NCBI RefSeq assembly: GCF_054482525.1
Contig: NZ_CM137006.1
Strand: one strand, 5' to 3'
DNA length: 64,000 nucleotides
Shown piece by piece: positions 1 through 14,244 of the stretch (position 1 is its first letter; every line of letters starts with the position of its first letter). The position numbers were made by a program, and so were the translations under genes. The notes below the pieces were generated by a model that ran no database searches, had not been told where the DNA came from, and saw only the letters and a list, made by a program, of their open reading frames with translations.

Positions 1-2
1 AG

Positions 3-230
3 TTTGACGTCATCGCCGCGGTCGTGGTTGGCGGTACGGCGCTTTCCGGTGGTCGCGGCTCGTTGTTCGGTACGCTGCTTGGCGTACTGGTGATTACGCT
101 AATCGGTAACGGTCTGGTGCTGCTCGGGATTAACTCCTTTTTCCAGCAGGTGGTGCGCGGCGTCATCATCGTGGTGGCGGTGCTGGCGAATATCTTGCTG
201 ACTCAGCGAAGCAGTAAAGCGAAACGCTAA
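3..230 (+). CDS. yphD: ABC sugar transporter permease, C-terminal fragment (gene begins upstream of window)
   Basis: Open frame from window edge; hydrophobic RbsC-like C-terminus (…GGTALSGGRGSLFGTLLGVL…); position upstream of yphC. Confidence 0.6.
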   Translation, partial: FDVIAAVVVGGTALSGGRGSLFGTLLGVLVITLIGNGLVLLGINSFFQQVVRGVIIVVAVLANILLTQRSSKAKR

Positions 231-295
231 ACCTAAACGCCCCTGGCGCGGGTGCGGCAGGGATGAAAATTAATCGTATTGTTAATGAGGGATTT

Positions 296-1357
296 ATGAA
301 AACGATGCTGGCAGCTTATTTACCAGGAAATTCGACCGTCGATCTGCGGGAAGTTGCGGTGCCGACGCCGGGGATTAACCAGGTACTGATCAAAATGAAA
401 TCATCCGGAATTTGCGGAAGCGATGTCCACTATATCTACCACCAGCACCGTGCTACGGCGGCGGCACCCGATAAACCGTTATACCAGGGATTTATCAACG
501 GTCATGAACCGTGCGGGCAAATTGTGGCGATGGGGCAAGGCTGCCGCCATTTTAAAGAGGGCGACCGTGTGCTGGTGTATCATATTTCTGGCTGTGGTTT
601 TTGCCCGAACTGCCGCCGCGGCTTTCCTATCTCTTGTACTGGCAAAGGAAAAGCGGCTTACGGCTGGCAGCGTGACGGCGGTCATGCCGAATATCTGCTG
701 GCGGAAGAAAAAGATCTGATCCTCCTGCCGGATGCGCTGAGCTACGAAGATGGTGCGTTTATCAGTTGCGGCGTTGGCACGGCCTATGAAGGGATTTTGC
801 GCGGCGAAGTTTCCGGCAGCGATAACGTGCTGGTGGTCGGTCTGGGGCCGGTCGGCATGATGGCGATGATGCTGGCGAAAGGTCGCGGTGCAAAACGGAT
901 CATCGGCGTTGATATGCTGCCGGAACGTCTGGCGATGGCAAAACAGTTAGGGGTGATGGATCACGGCTATTTAGCAACGACCGAAGGTCTGTCGCAGATT
1001 ATCGCCGAACTCACCCACGGCGGCGCGGATGTTGCGCTCGATTGTTCCGGTAATGCCGCAGGTCGCTTGCTGGCACTGCAATCCACTGCTGACTGGGGAC
1101 GGGTGGTTTACATCGGGGAAACCGGAAAAGTGGAATTCGAGGTTAGCGCTGATCTGATGCATCATCAACGGCGGATTATTGGCTCCTGGGTGACCAGTCT
1201 ATTCCATATGGAAAAATGCGCCCACGATTTAACGGACTGGAAACTGTGGCCGCGTAATGCCATTACCCATCGCTTCTCACTGGAACAGGCAGGAGATGCC
1301 TATGCGCTGATGGCGAGCGGTAAATGCGGGAAAGTTGTGATTAACTTCCCGGATTAA
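296..1357 (+). CDS. yphC: Zn-dependent alcohol/threonine dehydrogenase family oxidoreductase
   Basis: ORF 263..1357; likely start at MKTMLAAY (296); GHEPCG zinc motif and GLGPVG Rossmann motif. Confidence 0.8.
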   Translation: MKTMLAAYLPGNSTVDLREVAVPTPGINQVLIKMKSSGICGSDVHYIYHQHRATAAAPDKPLYQGFINGHEPCGQIVAMGQGCRHFKEGDRVLVYHISGCGFCPNCRRGFPISCTGKGKAAYGWQRDGGHAEYLLAEEKDLILLPDALSYEDGAFISCGVGTAYEGILRGEVSGSDNVLVVGLGPVGMMAMMLAKGRGAKRIIGVDMLPERLAMAKQLGVMDHGYLATTEGLSQIIAELTHGGADVALDCSGNAAGRLLALQSTADWGRVVYIGETGKVEFEVSADLMHHQRRIIGSWVTSLFHMEKCAHDLTDWKLWPRNAITHRFSLEQAGDAYALMASGKCGKVVINFPD

Positions 1358-1368
1358 GGAGTCAGCGG

Positions 1369-2241
1369 ATGACCATCTATACCTTATCTCACGGGCCGCT
1401 AAAGCTGGACGTTTCTGACCGGGGCGGCGTCATCGAAGGCTTCTGGCGTGACGCGACGCCGCTCTTACGTCCCGGTAAAAAAAGCGGTGTGGCAACCGAT
1501 GCCTCTTGTTTTCCGCTGGTGCCGTTTGCAAACCGGGTGAGCGGCAATCGTTTTGTCTGGCAGGGGCGTGAGTATCAACTGCAACCGAATGTTGAGTGGG
1601 ATGCGCACTATCTGCACGGCGACGGCTGGCTGGGGCAGTGGCAATGTGTCTCGCGCAGCGAAGATAGCTTGTGTCTGGTGTATGAACATCGCAGCGGTGT
1701 TTATCACTATCGGGTAAGTCAGGCGTTTCATTTAACGGCAGATACGCTGACGGTGACGCTCTCTGTCACCAATCAAGGGGCAGAGACGCTGCCATTTGGT
1801 ACCGGCTGGCATCCTTATTTTCCGTTGTCACCACAAACGCGGATTCAGGCGCAGGCGAGCGGTTACTGGCTGGAGCGGGAGCAGTGGCTGGCGGGTGAGT
1901 TTTGCGAGCAGCTACCGCAAGAGCTGGATTTCAACCAGCTCGCGCCGTTGCCGTGCCAGTGGGTAAACAATGGCTTTGCCGGATGGAATGGTCAGGCCCG
2001 CATCGAGCAGCCGCAGGAGGGTTATGCCATCATCATGGAAACGACGCCACCTGCACCATGTTATTTCATCTTTGTTTCCGACCCGGCGTTTGATAAAGGA
2101 TATGCGTTTGATTTCTTCTGTCTGGAACCGATGAGCCATGCGCCGGATGACCATCATCGCCCGGAAGGGGGTGATCTCATTGCGCTTGCACCAGGGGAAT
2201 CAACAACTTCAGAGATGTCGTTGCGGGTTGCGTTACTGTAA
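1369..2241 (+). CDS. yphB: Aldose 1-epimerase family protein
   Basis: 290-aa ORF, RBS GGAG upstream, conserved neighbourhood. Confidence 0.75.
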   Translation: MTIYTLSHGPLKLDVSDRGGVIEGFWRDATPLLRPGKKSGVATDASCFPLVPFANRVSGNRFVWQGREYQLQPNVEWDAHYLHGDGWLGQWQCVSRSEDSLCLVYEHRSGVYHYRVSQAFHLTADTLTVTLSVTNQGAETLPFGTGWHPYFPLSPQTRIQAQASGYWLEREQWLAGEFCEQLPQELDFNQLAPLPCQWVNNGFAGWNGQARIEQPQEGYAIIMETTPPAPCYFIFVSDPAFDKGYAFDFFCLEPMSHAPDDHHRPEGGDLIALAPGESTTSEMSLRVALL

Positions 2242-2244
2242 TTT

Positions 2245-2290
2245 ATAAAATGCCGGATAAGGCGTTCACGCCGCATCCGGCATCTTTCCT
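2245..2290. repeat. REP (repetitive extragenic palindrome) unit
   Basis: gccggataaggcgttcacgccgcatccggc palindrome between convergent yphB and yphA. Confidence 0.7.
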
Positions 2291-2711
2291 AACGCCGATC
2301 GAGAGAAATTGCCCCCGGCCCGGTAATTGCCAACAGCAGGAATGCGCCAGCGATACTGACATTCTTCCAGAAATTAATCATATTTGGCCCAATCGCATCG
2401 CCGGTCATATCCCAGTAATGGTGACCAATTACCGCTGTACCCAGCGTGTAGAAAATAAACAGCACCGCCAGCGGACGGGTGAAAAAGCCAAGCACGATTA
2501 ATATTGCGGCGGGCACTTCCATAACTACCGCAATAATCGCTGCCAGCATTGGCATTGGCGCGCCCAGCGAGGCCATATATTGGACCGTACCGTCAAAGCC
2601 CATCATTTTGGGAAAACCAAAAATAATGAAAATCAAGACCACGGCGATACGGGCAATTAATAACAAAACGGGGCGTGCAGCACCAAAATCAAAATAACGT
2701 AGTGAGTTCAT
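2289..2711 (-). CDS. yphA: DoxX-family inner membrane protein
   Basis: ORF 2289..2756; likely start at MNSLRYF; multi-pass hydrophobic sequence. Confidence 0.7.
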   Translation of the reverse strand: MNSLRYFDFGAARPVLLLIARIAVVLIFIIFGFPKMMGFDGTVQYMASLGAPMPMLAAIIAVVMEVPAAILIVLGFFTRPLAVLFIFYTLGTAVIGHHYWDMTGDAIGPNMINFWKNVSIAGAFLLLAITGPGAISLDRR

Positions 2712-2807
2712 AACCAATCCCTTTGCAAGATAATGTGATTTAAACGTAATACACACTCTGGTACCTCGCCACGCCCCAGGCGTTGAGATATTCGCTAATT
2801 ATCCTGG

Positions 2808-4019
<1,212 letters not shown>

Positions 4020-4832
4020 TTAAAGATCCAGCCCAGCCGCTACGTGGCGAATGCCGCGAATCGCTAAACCCGCATCAGCGTTGATCATCACACCGCTTAA
4101 TGCGCGATTATTGCGCCGCGATGCCAACATCACATACGGACCCGTAAAATCCGCCGGTTGCGGGAAAAATTGCAGCGGTAAAATGGCGGCAATTTTCTCC
4201 GGCGTCAGAGACTGCATTATCGAGGTTTCACTTTGCCCGAGCGCCTGTGGGCCGCGCAGGTCGCTGGCCATACCACACGGGCCGACGCCATTCACCCGCA
4301 CTTTCGGTGCCAGTTCATAAGCCAGTTGGCGAATAAGTCCGGTTGCGGCATGTTTACTGGCGGTGTACAGCGGGCCACCGCCGCCGGGATACCAGGCGGC
4401 GTTTGACAGTGTGAAAATCATGCTGCCTTCACTGGCGATTAACGCCGGAGCGCAGGCTTTTGCGCCCAGCAGGTAACCGAGTACGTTGACATTAAACAGC
4501 TCGTGGAAGCCGGTTTCGAGCGTCTCTGCGGGAGTGTTAACCAGTGAGGCATTGTGATCCCAGATGCCCGCATTGCCGATAAAACAATCCAGCTTGCCAG
4601 AACGAGTCAGGATCTGATTAACCGCGCGTTGATAATCGGCATAGCAGGTCACGTTACCTTCCACCGCCAGAATATGTTCGCCAAATCGCTGACGCAGACT
4701 GGCGACTTTTGCCGCCGACAGTTCCAGCGTGGCAACCTGCGCGCCTTCTTCGATAAATCGCTCGGCCAGCGCCAGGCCTAATCCCGATCCGCCGCCGGTA
4801 ATAAAGATGGACTCGTTATGCAGATCGCTCAT
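4020..4832 (-). CDS. hcaB: cis-dihydrodiol dehydrogenase (short-chain dehydrogenase)
   Basis: 270 aa; SDR N-terminus [10 protein letters not shown]; overlaps hcaC stop. Confidence 0.85.
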   Translation of the reverse strand: MSDLHNESIFITGGGSGLGLALAERFIEEGAQVATLELSAAKVASLRQRFGEHILAVEGNVTCYADYQRAVNQILTRSGKLDCFIGNAGIWDHNASLVNTPAETLETGFHELFNVNVLGYLLGAKACAPALIASEGSMIFTLSNAAWYPGGGGPLYTASKHAATGLIRQLAYELAPKVRVNGVGPCGMASDLRGPQALGQSETSIMQSLTPEKIAAILPLQFFPQPADFTGPYVMLASRRNNRALSGVMINADAGLAIRGIRHVAAGLDL

Positions 4833-5148
4833 GGCTGCGCCTCCGGTAAGTCGATGAAGATGTCACCACCTTCAACGTGTACTGGATAAGTGGTTAGCGG
4901 ATCGGTGGCGGGCAGGCATAATGCTTTCCCCGTTTTCAGGCAAAAACTGGCGGCGTGCAGCGGGCACTCCACCGTGGCGTCATCTTCCAGATACCCTTCT
5001 GACATCGACGCATTACCATGGCTGCAACGATCGTTAATGGCATAAAACTCGCCGCCCACGTTGAACAAGGCGATGACGGGCGAGGTATCGATCCGGAGAG
5101 CCTCACCCTCCGGCACATCCGCAACGGGACACGCATAAATTCGATTCA

Positions 5149-5149
<1 letters not shown>
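4829..5149 (-). CDS. hcaC: Rieske ferredoxin of 3-phenylpropionate dioxygenase
   Basis: 106 aa; Rieske CxH…CxxH motifs (CSHG…CPLH). Confidence 0.85.
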
Positions 5150-7160
<2,011 letters not shown>

Positions 7161-8051
7161 ATGGAACTACGGCATTTACGCTATTTCGTCGCAGTGGCGC
7201 AGGCACTGAACTTTACCCGTGCGGCGGAAAAACTGCATACCTCACAGCCTTCGTTAAGCAGCCAGATCCGCGATCTTGAAAACTGTGTCGGTGTTCCGTT
7301 GCTGGTGAGGGATAAGCGCAAAGTCGCGTTGACGGCGGCGGGAGAATGTTTTCTCCAGGACGCGCTGGCAATCCTCGAACAAGCGGAAAATGCCAAATTA
7401 CGGGCGCGGAAAATTGTTCAGGAAGACAGACAATTAACCATTGGCTTTGTGCCATCGGCGGAAGTGAATTTACTGCCAAAAGTATTACCGATGTTTCGTC
7501 TCAGACAGCCAGACACCTTAATTGAGCTGGTGAGTTTAATCACCACGGAACAGGAAGAAAAAATTCGCCGTGGTGAACTCGACGTCGGCTTAATGCGCCA
7601 TCCTGTTTATAGCCCGGAGATTGATTATCTGGAGCTTTTTGACGAACCATTAGTGGTGGTGTTACCGGTTGATCACCCTTTAGCACATGAAAAAGAGATC
7701 ACTGCCGCGCAACTGGATGGCGTGAATTTCGTCAGTACTGATCCAGCGTATTCCGGTTCGCTTGCGCCGATCGTTAAAGCGTGGTTTGCGCAAGAAAACA
7801 GCCAGCCAAATATCGTCCAGGTGGCAACGAATATTCTGGTGACCATGAATCTGGTGGGGATGGGGCTGGGCGTCACTTTGATACCCGGTTATATGAATAA
7901 TTTTAATACCGGCCAGGTGGTATTTCGACCCATTGCCGGAAATGTGCCTTCTATTGCTTTACTGATGGCGTGGAAGAAAGGGGAGATGAAGCCGGCATTA
8001 CGCGATTTCATCGCCATTGTGCAGGAACGTTTGGCAAGCGTAACGGCATAA
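7161..8051 (+). CDS. hcaR: LysR-type transcriptional activator of hca operon
   Basis: ORF 7068..8051; start chosen at MELRHLRYFVAV (canonical LysR HTH N-terminus). Confidence 0.85.
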   Translation: MELRHLRYFVAVAQALNFTRAAEKLHTSQPSLSSQIRDLENCVGVPLLVRDKRKVALTAAGECFLQDALAILEQAENAKLRARKIVQEDRQLTIGFVPSAEVNLLPKVLPMFRLRQPDTLIELVSLITTEQEEKIRRGELDVGLMRHPVYSPEIDYLELFDEPLVVVLPVDHPLAHEKEITAAQLDGVNFVSTDPAYSGSLAPIVKAWFAQENSQPNIVQVATNILVTMNLVGMGLGVTLIPGYMNNFNTGQVVFRPIAGNVPSIALLMAWKKGEMKPALRDFIAIVQERLASVTA

Positions 8052-8210
8052 TTACGCATTATTTTTGCAACATGCGTCGCGGATCGCAGTTTTTTAGTGC
8101 TTGTGAACTGGTGTTACAGACATCGGGAAGCAGGCTCGAATATTCTTATTTTTCAACTTGCACCAACATTCGATTAACCCCAGACTAACGCCTCCTGACG
8201 GGAGGGACTC

Positions 8211-9350
8211 ATGGTTTTGCAATCCACGCGCTGGTTGGCGCTCGGCTATTTCACATACTTTTTTAGTTACGGCATTTTTCTACCTTTCTGGAGCGTTTGG
8301 CTTAAGGGGATTGGTTTAACGCCAGAAACCATCGGCCTGTTATTGGGGGCAGGTCTGGTTGCCCGTTTTCTCGGGAGCTTGCTCATCGCGCCCCGCGTCA
8401 GCGATCCTTCTCGCCTGATTTCCGCCTTGCGCGTGCTGGCACTGCTGACACTTCTCTTTGCTGTCGCCTTCTGGGCGGGGGCGCACGTAGCGTGGCTGAT
8501 GCTGGTGATGATTGGCTTTAACCTCTTTTTCTCACCGCTGGTACCGTTGACCGATGCACTGGCGAATACGTGGCAAAAGCAGTTCCCGCTTGATTACGGC
8601 AAAGTGCGATTGTGGGGCTCGGTAGCGTTTGTCATTGGCTCGGCGCTGACGGGCAAACTGGTCAGTATGTTTGATTATCGGGTGATCCTCGCGCTGTTGA
8701 CGTTGGGCGTGGCATCCATGCTGCTCGGCTTTCTCATCCGTCCGACGATTCAGCCACAAGGGGCAAGCCGCCAGCAGGAGAGCACCGGTTGGTCTGCGTG
8801 GTTGGCGTTGGTTCGCCAGAACTGGCGCTTTCTGGCCTGCGTTTGTTTATTGCAGGGGGCGCATGCGGCCTATTACGGTTTTAGCGCCATTTACTGGCAG
8901 GCTGCTGGCTACTCGGCCTCGGCGGTGGGCTATTTGTGGTCGCTGGGCGTGGTGGCGGAAGTCATTATCTTTGCGCTGAGTAATAAACTTTTCCGCCGTT
9001 GTAGTGCACGCGATATGCTGTTGATCTCAGCGATTTGCGGCGTAGTGCGCTGGGGCATTATGGGAGCAACTACGGCGTTGCCGTGGTTGATAGTGGTGCA
9101 AATTCTGCATTGTGGCACCTTCACGGTCTGCCACCTGGCCGCCATGCGCTATATTGCCGCTCGCCAGGGTAGCGAAGTCATCCGTTTACAGGCGGTTTAC
9201 TCTGCCGTCGCGATGGGCGGCAGTATTGCGATCATGACCGTTTTCGCCGGTTTCCTGTATCAATATCTGGGCCACGGCGTGTTCTGGGTGATGGCGCTGG
9301 TGGCGCTTCCGGCAATGTTTTTGCGCCCGAAAGTTGTTCCCTCATGCTGA
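8211..9350 (+). CDS. hcaT: MFS transporter (probable 3-phenylpropionate permease)
   Basis: 379 aa, highly hydrophobic. Confidence 0.8.
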   Translation: MVLQSTRWLALGYFTYFFSYGIFLPFWSVWLKGIGLTPETIGLLLGAGLVARFLGSLLIAPRVSDPSRLISALRVLALLTLLFAVAFWAGAHVAWLMLVMIGFNLFFSPLVPLTDALANTWQKQFPLDYGKVRLWGSVAFVIGSALTGKLVSMFDYRVILALLTLGVASMLLGFLIRPTIQPQGASRQQESTGWSAWLALVRQNWRFLACVCLLQGAHAAYYGFSAIYWQAAGYSASAVGYLWSLGVVAEVIIFALSNKLFRRCSARDMLLISAICGVVRWGIMGATTALPWLIVVQILHCGTFTVCHLAAMRYIAARQGSEVIRLQAVYSAVAMGGSIAIMTVFAGFLYQYLGHGVFWVMALVALPAMFLRPKVVPSC

Positions 9351-10622
9351 TTCGAGCATTTTGCGGATCTGCTCCTGTTGATGTGTTGTCAACGTCAGGT
9401 CCGTATAGATCAGCGGTGGTGAAAAGAGCGGTAACGGCATGGTATAAGGAGCAATAATCAGTGCCGCGCTGCGCGGAGCGCCTGTCTGCAAAAATACCTT
9501 TACCGACATATGTTTAATGTTGAGCGGCAGTAACGTTAGTTCGCGTAGCTGCTGCTCAATCTGCGCTTCTCGCTCGCTATCATTCCCGGTCAGTAGAATA
9601 ATCTGTTTCTCATGCAGGTCGTTTTCCTGCATTAGCCAGGCACCAAAAATCACCGCGACCAGACCGCTTTCCTCATCAGAAAGATGGACGCCGTATTCAC
9701 TTTCAAATCCGGTCAGCGCCGCGCGGGTGGTGCGCACCAGGCGTGGGTACAGGCGGGCGAACTCTTCCGGCAGGGTGTTATCAATACCGATGGCAAACAA
9801 ACTGCGATTTAACGCCTGGGCGAGGTGGGTATAAAGCTGATCGCATAACCCCTGTTCATCATAAAAACGAACATTTCCCAGCTCACGAAAATGGTTTACC
9901 AGACGTTTGATAGACTTACGCAGTTGTCTGTCCCGCTGATGCGCATCCCGCAGTGGATCGGGAACCCGCAACATGGAAAAAAGTAATGCCATAAACAGTG
10001 GCTCATCAGGCGGTACAGGCTGGAGCGCCCGACGCTGCCAGTGGCGTCCAATTTCCTGCGCTACCTGAAATTCAAGGCAGGATTCCGCCCAGCGACGTTG
10101 GAGCGGATTAAACTGAGGCGTAATTCCAGCGTGGTGTTGCAGCAAACAATATTGCAGATACAGACACAGGAAATGAATATCGCGCGTTTCAAAGCGTTTT
10201 TGCAGCCGTCGGGAGCAGAGATTCACTAACGCTTGTAGATTGGTATCGTCGTAAAAGTTACGCGCAATTCCGCGCCGCTTCAGTTCACTCTTCAGGGCGG
10301 GGGTGAAATGGCTGGTAATAAATGACGGACACAGACGGAAACCACGTCGTAGCCAGTGAAATAAACACAAACGTTGGTTAAGCACTGTACCTTCAACCCG
10401 GTAGCTACCGTCATAACCAGTAGTCAGTGTGAGTTGATGATAGCGCAGGATCTCCCGTCCTGTTTCGCTGATATCAAGACTGGCAATATCATCATCCACA
10501 CCATTAAGCTCGCTGAAAGTTGCCGTGGTGGCGGTCAACCCCGGCTGAAAGAGTGTCAGCAAGATCTGGCAGCGGCGCTGGGGAGCCGAAAGGACAGATG
10601 GTGGAGCAAGCGTAGGCATCAT
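9342..10622 (-). CDS. csiE: Stationary-phase inducible protein CsiE (PRD-domain regulator-like)
   Basis: ORF 9342..10643; start at MMPTLAPP assumed; conserved neighbourhood. Confidence 0.7.
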   Translation of the reverse strand: MMPTLAPPSVLSAPQRRCQILLTLFQPGLTATTATFSELNGVDDDIASLDISETGREILRYHQLTLTTGYDGSYRVEGTVLNQRLCLFHWLRRGFRLCPSFITSHFTPALKSELKRRGIARNFYDDTNLQALVNLCSRRLQKRFETRDIHFLCLYLQYCLLQHHAGITPQFNPLQRRWAESCLEFQVAQEIGRHWQRRALQPVPPDEPLFMALLFSMLRVPDPLRDAHQRDRQLRKSIKRLVNHFRELGNVRFYDEQGLCDQLYTHLAQALNRSLFAIGIDNTLPEEFARLYPRLVRTTRAALTGFESEYGVHLSDEESGLVAVIFGAWLMQENDLHEKQIILLTGNDSEREAQIEQQLRELTLLPLNIKHMSVKVFLQTGAPRSAALIIAPYTMPLPLFSPPLIYTDLTLTTHQQEQIRKMLESA

Positions 10623-10812
10623 CTGTAGATCTCCCATAAGCATAATTGATAAGAATAGCTAAAGTTTGCTCAGGGAAATGGCGAAGGGAATGCTAATCAT
10701 CAGAAATGTTGGCAAGCGTCACAGAATTTTTCTCATCTTAAACTGTTCTGACCAGTGGATTAGCATGTCTTAAGGTAGTTTTGTGAATGATTATCGTGCT
10801 AGCGATCATGGG

Positions 10813-11667
10813 TTAGTTCTGCGGATTCAACGCGCTAAGGATAAAATCCACTATCTGTTCGCGATAAACATCGCCGTGACGATCGGAAAAAGCATCAATG
10901 TGTTCGCCATCTGGGATTAGGATCAACCGTTTTGGCTCTTTTGCCAGGCTATACAACTTTTCGCTGTGCTGCCATGGGATAACGTGATCAGCTTTACCGT
11001 GAATCAGTAAAAGCGGGATCGGGCTGACGCTGGCGATGTAATTTTCGCCGCTGTAACTCTCATCAAGTAAGTAGCCACTGCCGGGGATCATCTGGTTGGC
11101 GATGGTCGCATAAGAGGCAAATGTGGAGTCGAGGATCACCGCACGTATGCCTTCACGATCACCCTGACCAATAACATCCAGAATATTCGCCCCGCCAATA
11201 CTCTGCCCGAACAGCACCAGCCGTTGTGGGTTTACATCACTGCGATGGCGCACCACATTGATGGCACTTTGCGTATCGTCCAGCAATCCGGCCTGGGACG
11301 GCGTGCCTTTTGATTTACCAAACCCGCGATAATCAAACATAAAAACGTTGAAATTACGCTCGGGTAACCAACTGACCAGCGGCCAGTGGGCGGACATATT
11401 TCCGGCATTGCCGTGAGCATGAATAATGGTAGCAATGGCGTTATCAGCAGGGCCCGTCGAAGAAGGGATAAACCAGCCTTGCAGATGAGTACCGTCCTTA
11501 GCCGTAAATTCGACGGATTCCGCCGACCAGGGTTCGGGACCGTAAATTTTGTCGTCAGGGTAATAGAAAAAATTGATGGCGATGCGCGGTATTAAATAAA
11601 TGCAGAAGGCAACAACAAAGAGAATAAACAGAATTTTGAGAACGCGTTTGTGCACTGGCAGCGCCAT
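10813..11667 (-). CDS. yfhR: Alpha/beta-hydrolase (S9 peptidase-like) membrane-anchored protein
   Basis: ORF 10813..11694; N-terminal TM helix; GQSIGG nucleophile elbow; start may be 11694 or 11667. Confidence 0.7.
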   Translation of the reverse strand: MALPVHKRVLKILFILFVVAFCIYLIPRIAINFFYYPDDKIYGPEPWSAESVEFTAKDGTHLQGWFIPSSTGPADNAIATIIHAHGNAGNMSAHWPLVSWLPERNFNVFMFDYRGFGKSKGTPSQAGLLDDTQSAINVVRHRSDVNPQRLVLFGQSIGGANILDVIGQGDREGIRAVILDSTFASYATIANQMIPGSGYLLDESYSGENYIASVSPIPLLLIHGKADHVIPWQHSEKLYSLAKEPKRLILIPDGEHIDAFSDRHGDVYREQIVDFILSALNPQN

Positions 11668-11811
11668 AACCTTTCCTTGCGACTTCTTTATCATCCATTA
11701 ATCGGGGAAAGATGGTGGGAGAGTGGCGAAAGAAAGTAAAGCGGTGAGGAAGTATTTCGGAATAGCGCCTGAAAGGCGAGGGCGGGTGAGTGACATCACC
11801 CGCCAGAGTCA

Positions 11812-12615
11812 TTAACGCTTCAGGGCGTCGCTTAACTCGTCACGCATGTTCGCCAGCATGGCTTTAACAACGCGCGGGTTACCAGCAACGATGTTACCGG
11901 TCAGCATGTAGTTATGACCACCGGTGAAGTCGCTGACGATGCCGCCCGCTTCACGAACCAGCAGCTCGCCTGCGGCGAAATCCCACGGACGCAGACCGAT
12001 TTCAAAGAAACCGTCAACGCGACCCGCAGCAACGTAAGCCAGATCCAGCGCCGCAGAACCGGTACGACGGAAGTCAGCGCATTCGTTGAACAGTTTGCCG
12101 ACGATGTTGATGTAGGTGGTGGCGTACTGTTTTGCTTTGAACGGGAAGCCGGTCGCCAGAATAGTACCGTCGAGATCGCGAGCGGTGCTGCCGCGCAGAC
12201 GGTAGCCGTTCAGCTGTGCGCCCTGACCGCGAGTGGCGGTGAACAGTTCGTTACGCATAGGATCGTAAACCACAGCAACTTCAGTGCGGCCTTTGATACG
12301 AACGGCGATAGATACCGCGAAGTGCGGCAGACGTTTGATAAAGTTGGTAGTGCCATCCAGTGGATCGATAACCCATTGAACATCCTGATCAGTACCTTCA
12401 AGTTCACCGCTTTCTTCGGTGATGATGGTGTGCTGTGGGTAAGATTTACGAATCGTGTCGATAATCACCGCTTCGGCAGCTTTATCTACGTTGGTCACGA
12501 AGTCGTTACTGCCTTTCTGGCTCGCTTCTACAGCGTCCGGGGTTTCATAGTTTTTGGCAATTAAATTACCCGCCTTGCGCGCTGCGCGCACGGCGATGTT
12601 CAGCATCGGATGCAT
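11812..12615 (-). CDS. suhB: Inositol monophosphatase
   Basis: 267 aa; IMPase motifs DPLDGT and WDFAAG. Confidence 0.9.
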   Translation of the reverse strand: MHPMLNIAVRAARKAGNLIAKNYETPDAVEASQKGSNDFVTNVDKAAEAVIIDTIRKSYPQHTIITEESGELEGTDQDVQWVIDPLDGTTNFIKRLPHFAVSIAVRIKGRTEVAVVYDPMRNELFTATRGQGAQLNGYRLRGSTARDLDGTILATGFPFKAKQYATTYINIVGKLFNECADFRRTGSAALDLAYVAAGRVDGFFEIGLRPWDFAAGELLVREAGGIVSDFTGGHNYMLTGNIVAGNPRVVKAMLANMRDELSDALKR

Positions 12616-12733
12616 CGGTCTCTCTCACTGGATGTTAAAGAACGGGAAAACGGCGCAGAGTATAGCAGCGAGATCGGCATCTGTCTTCGTTTTATGATAA
12701 GATGCGCGAATAATCTTTAGACGAAGAAAGACA

Positions 12734-13474
12734 ATGCTGCAAAATATTCGAATTGTGCTGGTGGAGACGTCACACACCGGCAATATGGGTTCTGTTGCCC
12801 GTGCCATGAAAACAATGGGATTAACCAATCTGTGGCTGGTTAATCCACTGGTGAAACCTGACTCCCAGGCGATTGCCCTGGCAGCAGGGGCCAGCGATGT
12901 GATTGGTAATGCTCATATCGTCGATACGCTCGACGAAGCGTTAGCCGGTTGTAGCCTGGTGGTGGGCACCAGCGCACGCTCCCGCACGCTGCCGTGGCCG
13001 ATGCTCGACCCGCGCGAATGCGGTCTGAAAAGCGTCGCTGAAGCGGCAAATACCCCGGTGGCGCTGGTTTTTGGTCGCGAGCGCGTCGGCTTGACCAATG
13101 AAGAGTTGCAGAAATGCCATTATCATGTCGCGATTGCCGCTAACCCGGAATACAGTTCGCTGAACCTGGCGATGGCGGTTCAGGTTATTGCCTATGAAGT
13201 GCGCATGGCCTGGCTTGCAACTCAGGAAAATGGTGAGCAGGTCGAGCATGAAGAGACGCCGTATCCGCTGGTCGATGATCTGGAGCGTTTTTATGGTCAT
13301 CTGGAACAAACGCTGCTGGCAACCGGTTTTATCCGTGAAAACCATCCGGGGCAGGTGATGAATAAATTGCGTCGTCTGTTTACCCGTGCGCGCCCGGAAA
13401 GCCAGGAATTGAATATCCTGCGCGGGATTCTGGCTTCTATAGAGCAGCAGAATAAAGGTAATAAGGCCGAATAA
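12734..13474 (+). CDS. trmJ: tRNA (cytidine/uridine-2'-O)-methyltransferase (SpoU family)
   Basis: 246 aa; SpoU-type sequence. Confidence 0.85.
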
Positions 13475-13477
13475 TAG

Positions 13478-13572
13478 TGGTTGCCTGATGCGACGCTTAA
13501 CGCGTCTTATCAGGCCTGCAGTGCACAGAGCCTCAGGTCGGATAAGGCGTTCACGTCGCATCCGACAACAGG
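13478..13572. repeat. REP/BIME repeat cluster
   Basis: Tandem imperfect palindromes gcctgatgcgacgc…gcgtcttatcaggcc and cggataaggcgttcacgtcgcatccg. Confidence 0.7.
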
Positions 13573-13619
13573 TACAAACGCCACGATAAAAAAATGGCAC
13601 TGAAGGTTAAATACCCGAC

Positions 13620-13743
13620 TAAATCAGTCAAGTAAATAGTTGACCAATTTACTCGGGAATGTCAGACTTGACCCTGCTATGCAATACCCCCACTTTTACA
13701 ATAAAAAACCCCGGGCAGGGGCGAGTTTGAGGTGAAGTAAGAC
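13620..13743 (+). promoter_or_regulatory. iscR promoter with IscR autoregulatory binding sites
   Basis: aaatagttgaccaatttactcgggaatg… resembles known IscR type-1 sites upstream of iscR. Confidence 0.55.
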
Positions 13744-14232
13744 ATGAGACTGACATCTAAAGGGCGCTATGCCGTGACCGCAATGCTTGACGTTGCGCTC
13801 AACTCTGAAGCGGGCCCGGTACCGTTGGCTGATATTTCCGAACGTCAGGGAATTTCCCTTTCTTATCTGGAACAACTGTTTTCCCGTCTGCGTAAAAATG
13901 GTCTGGTTTCCAGCGTACGTGGACCAGGCGGTGGTTATCTGTTAGGCAAAGATGCCAGCAGCATCGCCGTTGGCGAAGTGATTAGCGCCGTTGACGAATC
14001 TGTAGATGCCACCCGTTGTCAGGGTAAAGGCGGCTGCCAGGGCGGCGATAAATGCCTGACCCACGCGCTGTGGCGTGATTTGAGCGACCGTCTCACCGGT
14101 TTTCTCAACAACATTACTTTAGGCGAACTGGTTAATAACCAGGAAGTGCTGGATGTGTCTGGTCGTCAGCATACTCACGACGCGCCACGCACCCGCACAC
14201 AAGACGCGATCGATGTTAAGTTACGCGCTTAA
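13744..14232 (+). CDS. iscR: Fe-S cluster regulator IscR (Rrf2 family)
   Basis: 162 aa; Rrf2 HTH; Cys cluster C..C…C. Confidence 0.9.
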
Positions 14233-14244
14233 TTTAACCGTCCT